Assembly (NCBI GenBank): GCA_963668695.2 | Contig: CAXXLQ010000004.1 | Coordinates: 256,001 to 320,000, forward strand | Direction of reading: 5' to 3' | Source: Vicinamibacteria bacterium | Lineage (GTDB): Bacteria > Acidobacteriota > Vicinamibacteria > Marinacidobacterales > Marinacidobacteraceae | DNA length: 64,000 bases | Shown here: in pieces, positions 56,039 through 64,000 of the stretch | Layout of the letters: each line of letters opens with the position of its first letter | How positions within the stretch are numbered: the first letter of the stretch is position 1 | Made by a program: the position numbers and the translations under genes | Notes under the pieces: model-generated | What the model was told of the DNA's origin: nothing | The model's input: the letters and a program-made list of their open reading frames with translations, nothing else | The model's database searches: none

Positions 56039-57436
56039 CTAGCGAATCGCGGCCTGCATCTCCTCGACGCTCACGAACTTCACCCGCGGACGGCCCTCGG
56101 CCTTGCCGCGCGCCACCTCGAGGGCGTCCAGCGCCTTCCAGTCGGCGAACGAGAAGTAGGTGGGAACGCGCTCGGCCACGAAGCGCTCCGCCGACTCGGC
56201 GGACGGGGATTCCGGGTGCCAGTGCTTGCCGGCCGCGACGTCCTCGAGCAGCACCCGCACGGTCTCCAGGGCGTCGGGCTTGTTGGTGCCGATCACCCCG
56301 GTGGGACCGCGCTTGATCCAACCGGCGCAGTACTGGCCTTCCTGGTGCTCCCCGTCCGGGGAGTCGAGCACCCGGCCGACCGCGTGCGGGATGACTCCCC
56401 AGTCATCGCGGAACGGCACGTCGGGTAGCGCGACCCCCCGGTAGCCGACCGAACGGAACACCAGACCGGCAGCGAGATCCTCGAAATGATCGGTGGCGCG
56501 CGGGCGGACCGTGCCCCGTTCGTTGCGGTAGAGCTCGTTCTTCACGAGCTTGACCCGGGTAACCGCACCATCTTCGCCGGCAATCAGTTCCACTGGGGAA
56601 ACGAGGAACCGGACGGTCAGCGTTCGCAGTTTGCCGGACCGTTTTTCGGCGGCGTACTGCTGGAGGATCTCGACCTTCCTCGGGGCCGACCTGTCGGCGC
56701 CGGAATCCACCCATTCCTGGCTCACCGCATCAAGCGCCGCTTCTTCTTCGAAGACCCGGATGTCGGCGCCCGCGAGTTCCCCGAGCTCCTTGATCTCGGG
56801 ATTGCTGAACGCAGCCTGCGCCGGACCCCGCCGGCCGAGCATGTGGATCTCGCGAATCCGGCTCTCCGCGAGCTGCTCCAGCGCGTAATCAGCGATGTCG
56901 GTCGTTTTCAGCTCGTCCACGGAACGGGCCAGCACCCGGCAGACATCCACTGCCACATTGCCGACCCCGACGACCGCGACCGATTCCTGGGAAAGGTCGA
57001 ACTCCCGATCCCGGTAGTCCGGGTGACCGTTGTACCAGGCCACGAACTCGGTCGCCGCGTGGCTCCTGCCGAGGGACTCGCCGGGAATCCGCATGGCCCG
57101 GTCCACCTGCGCCCCCACGCAATAGAGGACCGCGTGGTAGTGGCGCCGGACATCGGCCAGCCGGATGTCGCTCCCGAACTCGACGCCCCCGTAGAAGCGG
57201 AAGCGCGGGTTCTGCGCGGTGCGCTCGTAGGCGCGGGTCACCGACTTGATCTTCTGGTGATCGGGAGCCACCCCGCCGCGCACCAGACCGTAGGGGGTCG
57301 GCAGGCGGTCGTAGAGGTCCACCTCCACGGTGACCCCAGCGGCCTTGAAGAGATGATCGGTTGCGTAGAAGCCGGTCGGGCCGGATCCGAAGACCGCGAC
57401 CCGCAGCGGGTGTTCGGGGGTGCCGGGTTTCGTCAC
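56039..57436 (-). CDS. fprA: Ferredoxin-NADP+ reductase, adrenodoxin-reductase/FprA-like
   Basis: GSGPTG, PYGLVRGGVAPDH, GVGNVAVD, GRRGPAQAAF and GWIKRGPTGVIG. Confidence 0.9.
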   Translation of the reverse strand: MTKPGTPEHPLRVAVFGSGPTGFYATDHLFKAAGVTVEVDLYDRLPTPYGLVRGGVAPDHQKIKSVTRAYERTAQNPRFRFYGGVEFGSDIRLADVRRHYHAVLYCVGAQVDRAMRIPGESLGRSHAATEFVAWYNGHPDYRDREFDLSQESVAVVGVGNVAVDVCRVLARSVDELKTTDIADYALEQLAESRIREIHMLGRRGPAQAAFSNPEIKELGELAGADIRVFEEEAALDAVSQEWVDSGADRSAPRKVEILQQYAAEKRSGKLRTLTVRFLVSPVELIAGEDGAVTRVKLVKNELYRNERGTVRPRATDHFEDLAAGLVFRSVGYRGVALPDVPFRDDWGVIPHAVGRVLDSPDGEHQEGQYCAGWIKRGPTGVIGTNKPDALETVRVLLEDVAAGKHWHPESPSAESAERFVAERVPTYFSFADWKALDALEVARGKAEGRPRVKFVSVEEMQAAIR

Positions 57437-57524
57437 TTGGGCGCGGAGTATAGGGCGACCGAGAGCCGCTCTTCGGCGGCTATCACGGCGCGTTGCCGCC
57501 GGAACGGTTCGGCGCCTCCGGGTG

Positions 57525-58328
57525 TCAGCGCTGGCGGAGAAGCGCGAGTATTTCATCGCGGGTGACGATCGTCCGGCCTTCCTCCAGAAAGGGAAGCACA
57601 TCCTTCACGACCTGTTCCCAGGCAACGGTTTCCAGACGGCGCGCCGCGTCATCGCGCCATGCTTTGGCCGTCGGCTGAAGACCCCGGGAGGCGCAACTCC
57701 GGCGCAGCGCCGCATCGAGCAACGCAAAGTTGGGCGCGGGCCATTCCGGATCCGCCAGGTACCAGGCAAGGTCGTAGACATCCCGCCCCTTCGCGTAGGG
57801 GCGGCACAGGATCGCATGCAGTTTGCCCGCAAGGAGCGATGCTCGATCGTGGTGACGGAGCCGGAGGCTGACGTGCCGCCGGATCGTTCGCGTCTCGGTG
57901 ACCGCGCCCGCTGGCGGATTCGTGTCCACTTCCATCTTGATCGCCAGCTTCTGGGTGGGATGCGGAGCGAGGCGCGCCTCATACAAGAGACCCGGGAAGC
58001 GCAGCCAGGCGGCATGGACCGCGCCGCGGTCGCGGAGTGCGGCTTCGACCTCATAGCCCTCGCGGCGGAATTGGCGAGCGACCTCCGTCTGCCAGCCCTC
58101 GATGTCATAGGCATCGCGGTCACCCTCGAGCGCGAAGTCGAGATCCTCGGAGTAGCGCGGAAGCCGGAAGAGGAAACGGAGGGCGGTACCGCCGCAGAAG
58201 GCGAGCGGGCCGGTCGCGCCGAGGCGCTGCAACGTCTCCAGGACGCGGGCCTGCAGGTATTCGCGCATTACGTTGCGGCCGTGGGCCAGTCCCGCTTCGC
58301 GCGCAAGCTGGAGCGCGTGGTCCTTCAC
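57525..58328 (-). CDS. abiEii: Type IV TA toxin, AbiEii/AbiGii nucleotidyltransferase
   Basis: FCGGTALR, RYSEDLDF, KLHA and KGRDVYDL; GTGA overlap with the antitoxin stop. Confidence 0.92.
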   Translation of the reverse strand: MKDHALQLAREAGLAHGRNVMREYLQARVLETLQRLGATGPLAFCGGTALRFLFRLPRYSEDLDFALEGDRDAYDIEGWQTEVARQFRREGYEVEAALRDRGAVHAAWLRFPGLLYEARLAPHPTQKLAIKMEVDTNPPAGAVTETRTIRRHVSLRLRHHDRASLLAGKLHAILCRPYAKGRDVYDLAWYLADPEWPAPNFALLDAALRRSCASRGLQPTAKAWRDDAARRLETVAWEQVVKDVLPFLEEGRTIVTRDEILALLRQR

Positions 58329-58969
58329 AGACGCAATTCCCGAAACTTCAGGGCGGGATCGTCAACCCGCGAGCCCAGCACCCGGGCCGCTCTCCCGAGT
58401 TTCGGACTCCCGGCAGCGTTCGCGAGCCGCATCAACTCTACGGAGGAAAACGCCTCCAGATCCAGCCGGAGTTCGTCAATCCAGGCCGGGTCATCGCCGT
58501 CGGGGTGGAACCAGGCGAGATCCAGGAACGCCTTTTCCGGGGTGGCGACGAACGCCCATTGGTCCCGAACGAACTCCAGCCGACGATAGCCGGTCCGCAG
58601 CGAAGGCTTCAGGAACCGGAAGGAGAAACGCCCGAGAGGGGTCTCGCGGAGGCAGGGCCTGCCCGGGCCGCAACTGGTGACCTCGAAGACGGCCTCGGGG
58701 ATTGCGCCGTAGTGGGCGAGCGCCGCCACCCCGCTGACATAGCTGCCGGGAGAGATCCGGTTGGCGACGAGGAAAGGCTCGGGATGCGCCTTTTGGTACG
58801 GGGGCGCGAGCGCGTAGAGCCCCCGGCGGAGTTGAAGGATTTTGCCGCTCCGCCGCCAGCGGTCGAGCTGCCCGGCGAGGCTGAACCGTCGCCGCTCGTC
58901 GGCCGCGAGCAGGCCGGTCTCGAACACCGGTTCGTCGCCGACGATCTGGAGAAGCTCCTCGAATGACAT
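58325..58969 (-). CDS. abiEi: Type IV TA antitoxin AbiEi-like (wHTH)
   Basis: LRRGLY, SYVSGVAALAHYGAIPE and ATPEKAFLD; coupled to abiEii. Confidence 0.88.
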   Translation of the reverse strand: MSFEELLQIVGDEPVFETGLLAADERRRFSLAGQLDRWRRSGKILQLRRGLYALAPPYQKAHPEPFLVANRISPGSYVSGVAALAHYGAIPEAVFEVTSCGPGRPCLRETPLGRFSFRFLKPSLRTGYRRLEFVRDQWAFVATPEKAFLDLAWFHPDGDDPAWIDELRLDLEAFSSVELMRLANAAGSPKLGRAARVLGSRVDDPALKFRELRL

Positions 58970-59004
58970 TGCCGTAAATATACGGTAATGCTGAGTTATT
59001 GCAA
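58967..59004 (-). promoter_or_regulatory. abiE promoter with overlapping operator inverted repeat
   Basis: Minus strand TTGCAA-16-TATATT-7-ATG; inverted repeat CATTGCCGTA-aata-TACGGTAATG. Confidence 0.65.
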
Positions 59005-59148
59005 CATATCGATCATCGGAAGGCAGCCATCATTCCGAAGGTTCAGCATCGTCCCTCTCGCTGTCCTCTCGCGCCGCGATGCCGGCCGGATGCCAGCGTT
59101 CCCTGTCCTGCCGCGCCGCCCTCCGCGAGCCGCGTTCCCCGAGCGGGA

Positions 59149-62100
59149 CTACCTTCCGATGACGCGATAGACGGCCGGGATAACGAGCAGGGTCAGAGCG
59201 GTGGAAAGGACCAGGCCGCCGATCACCGCGATCGCCATCGGAGTCCGCAGCTCGCTGCCCTCCCCGAGGCCGATAGCCATGGGAAGAAGACCCAGGACGG
59301 TGGTCGAGGTGGTCATCAGGATCGGTCGGAGTCGGACCTTCCCCGCCTCCCGCAGCGCGTCCAACTTCGCCATGCCGCCGCGACGGAGGCGGTTGGTGGT
59401 GTCGAGCAGCAGGATGGCGTTGTTCACCACGATGCCCGCCAGCATGATGACCCCGATCAGCACCACCACACTCACCGTCACCGAGAACAGCTTGAGGGCG
59501 AAGATCACCCCGACGAGGGAAAACGGAACGGAGAAAAGGATCACGAACGGATGGAGCAGCGACTCGAACTGCGAGGCCATCACCAGGTAGACCATGAACA
59601 CCGCGAGCAGGATCGCGAACTGCATGCTCGCAAAGGAGGTCTCCATCTCCTCCTGCTGGCCGCCGAGCCGCCAACTGAAGCTGGCGGGCATCCCAATGCC
59701 CGCCATCAGGGCCTCGATGTCGGTGGCCACGCTTCCGAGATCCCGCCCGAGGATGTTCGCGGTGATCGTGGCCACCCGCTCGCCGTCGGCGCGGCGGATT
59801 TCCGCGGGGCCGATCACTTCGTCCACATCGGCCACGCTCGAAAGCGGGATCGTGGCGGCGGCATCGTCGGAGATGTTCAGATTCCGCAGATCCTCAATGC
59901 TGTCGCGGAAGGATTCGTCGCTGCGGAGACGGATGTCGATGGAACGGTCGTCCCGCTGGATGTCGGTGGCTACATCGCCAAGCACCTTGGTGCGGATGAG
60001 GTTGCCGAGCTGGTTCACGTTGTATCCAAGCGACGCCACCCGGTCGCGGTGGAACCGGATCTGTAGTTCGGGGTTCCCACCCTCGGTGGACGACTTGACG
60101 TCCACGAGCCCCGGAATCTGCCGGAGGCCGGCGACCGCCTCGTCGGCGGTCCGTTCCAGCTGAGTGAGGTTGAAGCCGCGGATCTCGAGTTCCACCGGGG
60201 TTCGGAAGCTGAAGTAGGACGGCCGCCCGAAGATGTAGAGCAAATCCGGGTCTGCCTCGAGCTGCGGGCGGAGCTCCGCAATCGCCGCCTCTTCCCGGTC
60301 GCGGTCCACCGGAGGATCCAGCACCACGGTAATCTGGCCGATGTTCTCCCGGAGTTCTCCGGCTGCCCCGCCCTGCTGGCTGCTGGTCCCCACCGTTGCG
60401 TAGACCGTGCGTACTCCGGGGATCTCACGGGCCGCTTGCTCAAGATGCATAAGGCGCCGGGAATTGAGATCCAGGTGGGTGCCGGCGGGAAGCTCGGTGT
60501 CCACGAAGAACTCTCCCTGGACCAACTCGGGCACGAGTTCCGTCCCGAGCGAAGGGACCACGTAGAGCGCCCCGGCGAAGAGCACGATGGCAGGGGTTCC
60601 CACCCGGAACGGATGATTGAGGGCCCCGTTCAGAACCGGCGGATAGGCGCGGACGACGCCGTTGTACGCCAACTGGAAGAGCCGGCTCGGCAGCCAGAGG
60701 ATCCCCTTGATGACGAGATCGACACCCTTGAAGATCCCGAAGACGACCCACATCACACCCCGGCTCACCGCTGAAACGACCCGCCCGAAAAGGCGGCCGG
60801 CCGCGGTCCTGAAAATCGCGGCTTCCGTCGCGGGGGCCGGACGGAATTCGCGCGAGGCGAGCATCGGGATCAGCGTGAGCGCGACGAGCAGCGAAACCGC
60901 GAGCGAGAAGGTCACCGTGAGCGCCTGGTCTCCGAACAACTGCCCCGCGATCCCCTCGACGAACACGATCGGCACGAAAACGCAGACCGTCGTCATCGTG
61001 CTGGCGATCACCGCCTGTCCGACCTCGCCGGTTCCGGCCCGGGAAGCCTCGACGAGACCAAGTCCCTCATGCCGTTTCCGCTTGATCGCTTCGAGCACCA
61101 CGATCGAGTTGTCCACCAGCAGCCCGATGCCCAGGGTGATGCCGCCGAGCGACATGATGTTGAGCGAGACGCCCGACACATACATCAGGAAGAAGGTTCC
61201 GATGACGGAAATCGGAATGGAGATCCCGATGATCGCAGTGGACCGAAGTTCCCCGAGGAAGAGGATCAGTACCAAGATCGCGAGGATGCCCCCGAACACC
61301 GCGGTCTGGAGCACCTCGGACACCGACTGGCGGATGTAGCGCGCCTGGTCGGTGACCAGGGTCAGCGCGAGATCCTCGCCCACCCGGCCCAGGCGCTCCT
61401 GAAGTTCTTCGACGCGGGCCATGACGTCGTCCGCCACGGTGACGGTGTTCGTCCCCCCCTCCTTGTACACGGCGATCTCGATCGATTCGAGGCCGTCGAT
61501 GCGGGTGATGACCTCCCGTTCCTTGGCGCCCCGGCTAATGGTGGCTATGTCGTCGAGCCGGATCACGGTGCGCTCGGCATCCACCACGATGTCCCGCATG
61601 TCCTCGGGACGCTCGAATTCGTTGATCGTTCGGACCAGGTACTCGGTTCCACCGTCGAGCAGGCGCCCGGCGGTCAGGTTGACATTCTCCTGAGCGAGCC
61701 GGTTCACCACTGCGGGAATCGAGAGCCCGAGGCTCGCCACCTTCCGCTCGTCGATTTCGACGTGGATTTCCTCTTCCAGGCCGCCGCTGACGAGCACCGC
61801 CGCCACCCCTTCGACGCGCTCGAGGTTGCGCTGGATCTCCTGTTCCGCAATGAGCCTGAGTCGGACGAGGTCCTCGCTTCCGGTCAGCCCGAAGCGGAGG
61901 ATCGGGTCCAGCGAAGGATCGAAACGCAGGAGCGTCGGTCGCGGCGCGTCAAGCGGGAGCCGCACCACGTCGAGCCGTTCGCGCACGTCCAGCGCGGCCA
62001 TGTCCATGTCCGTTCCCCAACCGAACTCCAAAGTGACTTCGCTGACGTCGGGCCGGGAGGAAGAAACGACCCGATTCACGTTGTTGACCACCCCGACCGC

Positions 62101-62307
62101 GTTTTCGATGGGCCTGGTGATCAGGTTTTCGATCTCGCTGGGCGCGGCGCCCTCGTACTCGGTGCGGACGTTCAGCGACGGGTAGGTAATGTCCGGCAGC
62201 AGATCCACGGACAGGCGGTCGAAACCGACCACCCCGAACACCACGATGGCGATGAACAGCACCACGACGGTGACGGGCCGCCGGATGGAAAAGTCGACGA
62301 TGCGCAT
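59149..62307 (-). CDS. RND efflux permease, AcrB/AcrD/AcrF family
   Basis: MRIVDFSIRRPVT, LLPDITYP, GLLVDNSIVVLE, GIVVNNAILL and RLRPILMT. Confidence 0.95.
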   Translation of the reverse strand: MRIVDFSIRRPVTVVVLFIAIVVFGVVGFDRLSVDLLPDITYPSLNVRTEYEGAAPSEIENLITRPIENAVGVVNNVNRVVSSSRPDVSEVTLEFGWGTDMDMAALDVRERLDVVRLPLDAPRPTLLRFDPSLDPILRFGLTGSEDLVRLRLIAEQEIQRNLERVEGVAAVLVSGGLEEEIHVEIDERKVASLGLSIPAVVNRLAQENVNLTAGRLLDGGTEYLVRTINEFERPEDMRDIVVDAERTVIRLDDIATISRGAKEREVITRIDGLESIEIAVYKEGGTNTVTVADDVMARVEELQERLGRVGEDLALTLVTDQARYIRQSVSEVLQTAVFGGILAILVLILFLGELRSTAIIGISIPISVIGTFFLMYVSGVSLNIMSLGGITLGIGLLVDNSIVVLEAIKRKRHEGLGLVEASRAGTGEVGQAVIASTMTTVCVFVPIVFVEGIAGQLFGDQALTVTFSLAVSLLVALTLIPMLASREFRPAPATEAAIFRTAAGRLFGRVVSAVSRGVMWVVFGIFKGVDLVIKGILWLPSRLFQLAYNGVVRAYPPVLNGALNHPFRVGTPAIVLFAGALYVVPSLGTELVPELVQGEFFVDTELPAGTHLDLNSRRLMHLEQAAREIPGVRTVYATVGTSSQQGGAAGELRENIGQITVVLDPPVDRDREEAAIAELRPQLEADPDLLYIFGRPSYFSFRTPVELEIRGFNLTQLERTADEAVAGLRQIPGLVDVKSSTEGGNPELQIRFHRDRVASLGYNVNQLGNLIRTKVLGDVATDIQRDDRSIDIRLRSDESFRDSIEDLRNLNISDDAAATIPLSSVADVDEVIGPAEIRRADGERVATITANILGRDLGSVATDIEALMAGIGMPASFSWRLGGQQEEMETSFASMQFAILLAVFMVYLVMASQFESLLHPFVILFSVPFSLVGVIFALKLFSVTVSVVVLIGVIMLAGIVVNNAILLLDTTNRLRRGGMAKLDALREAGKVRLRPILMTTSTTVLGLLPMAIGLGEGSELRTPMAIAVIGGLVLSTALTLLVIPAVYRVIGR

Positions 62308-64000
62308 CGGTCGGGGCTGTCCGTGAGGAGGTGCGGCTGGGCTAGCGCGGACGGCGGCGGCGGCGCGCCGGGCGATGATCTCCTCGATCTGTTCTTCCGT
62401 CATTCCCCGGCTACGGAGTTGTTCGCGCAAAGCTTCAAGCTGCTCGGGTGTTGGTTCGGCGTCCCGGGACGCTCCCTCAGCTGAGGGCAACCCCCAACCG
62501 CGGCGGACCCGCTCCTCGATCTGCTCGTCGGTCAAACCCATGGAGCGCAGGCGAGCGCGAATCGCTTCCTGGGTTTCGGGCGGGAGGCTCTCGAAGGAAT
62601 CCGGTGCAGTGCCTTCTCCCGGCCCGGCGGCCGTCGCGGTCCCGGCGCGCCCGGCCCGTGAACCGGCAGCACGACCCGTCCGCCGCGGTGAGGTGGACGC
62701 CGCGCCCGATCCTGGCGATCCCGGCGGTCCTGGCAGTCCTGGCGGTTCCGCCGCAGTCACCGGCGCGGCCGCCGGAACGGGCGCCGCCGGTGCCGAGGGC
62801 TCCTCGCTGTCTGCCGGAGCGGGAGTTGCCCTCGGGGCTCGGTCCGGGGTGGTCGAACCCGGCGGTGTTGCGGGAGCTTCCCGGGACGTTCGGGCCGCCG
62901 GGGTTTGGTCCGCTACCGGCCGCTCTTCGGCCGGGGAAGCGGTAGGCGCCCCTCCGCCACGCGATTGGGCACCACGCGACGGGACGCCTCCCCCCGGAGG
63001 GCCTCCGCCCGTTTCCATGGCCGCGAGCCGGGTGTCGATTTGCTCGTCGGTCATACCGCGCTCACGCATCCGCTCGCGCATCGCAGCGCGACGCTCCTCG
63101 GACATTCCGGATCCACCCGGCGGGCTCGCGGCGTCCGCCGTGCGGCTCCTGGGCTCCTCCGCCCCCGGGCCGACGAGGATCTGAACCGGAGTGGCATCGG
63201 TCAAACCGTCCTGGCCGACCACGATCACCCGGTCGTTCGCGCTGAGCCCGGCGGTCACCTCAACCCGATCATCCTCTTCATAGCCGAGGGTCACGTTGCG
63301 GCGGTAGGCAACCCCATCCTCCACGACGAAGACCGAGTCGGCGAGGCTCTCCAGGGAGAGGGCGCGTTTGGGCATGATCAGCGCGTTCTGGCGCACGTCG
63401 GTCACGAGCCGCACTCCGGCGAACATCCCGGGGCTGAGCCGTCCGCGCCGGTCCACTTCCAGGGTCACCCGGATCGTCCCGGTCGCGGAGTCCACCACCG
63501 GGCTGATTCGCAGCACCCGGCCCCGGAACAGCTCGCCCGGAAAAGCTTCCACTTCCAGAATCGCCGGCTGGCCGATCGAGAGCCGGGTCAGGTCCCGCTC
63601 GGGCACTCCGATGGTGCAGAGGAGTGGATCGAAGTCGGAGATGCGGAAGAGTTGCTGCCCCACCGCCACTGTTTCCCCAAACTTCACGGCGCGCTGGATG
63701 ATCAGCCCGTCGAAGGGCGCCGCGATTTGGGTATAACTCAGCTGGATCTCGTTTCCGACCAACTGCGCCCGCGCCGATTCCAGACCAGAGCGCGCGCTGT
63801 CGTACACCTCCTGGCTCACGACCGCATTCTCGAGCGACGCCTTCGCCCGGTTGTGGACAAGTTCCGCGTCCTGCAGCGCTACCTTGGCGATCTCCACCTG
63901 CGCGCGCGCCTCAGCTTCATCAATCTGGGCAAGCAACTCGCCCGCCTTCACCTGCATTCCCTCTTCGGTATTGAGAGCCACCAGCGGGCCGCCGGCGCGG
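62308..64000 (-). CDS. RND periplasmic adaptor (MFP) with long low-complexity C-terminal tail; 5' end outside the window; runs in frame into the permease
   Basis: VKAGELLAQID, IAAPFDG, ISPVVDSATGT, LSPGMFA and GLSANDRVIVVGQ; no in-frame stop before ATG 62307. Confidence 0.88.

Overview
High-GC bacterial chromosomal window. The gene set and the Gly/Pro-rich TonB proteins suggest Acidobacteriota (inference). It carries mostly housekeeping and envelope genes: uppS-cdsA with an inverted dxr-rseP, menC-like, tgt-yajC-secD-secF, a TonB/ExbB/ExbD2/TPR cluster, rel, apbC, two tandem TonB-dependent receptors, korAB, Ku plus a ligase, iscA, clpB, kbl, fprA-like, an AbiE toxin-antitoxin pair and an RND efflux system. 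Roughly 10% of the window is non-coding repeat. The repeats comprise about 15 copies of a mosaic TA-flanked MITE-like family, a structured ~150/~280-bp tandem family, a helically phased 64-bp array, and a ~19-bp micro-module present in about 30 copies inside other repeats. The most striking feature is an internally deleted IS110 element (54852-55990). Its left end folds into a complete bridge-RNA-like structure whose loop sequences match, by eye, both its own donor junction and its insertion site. The core is CC and the target is the abundant 19-bp module. All structures and alignments were read by eye; no computation or database search was run.
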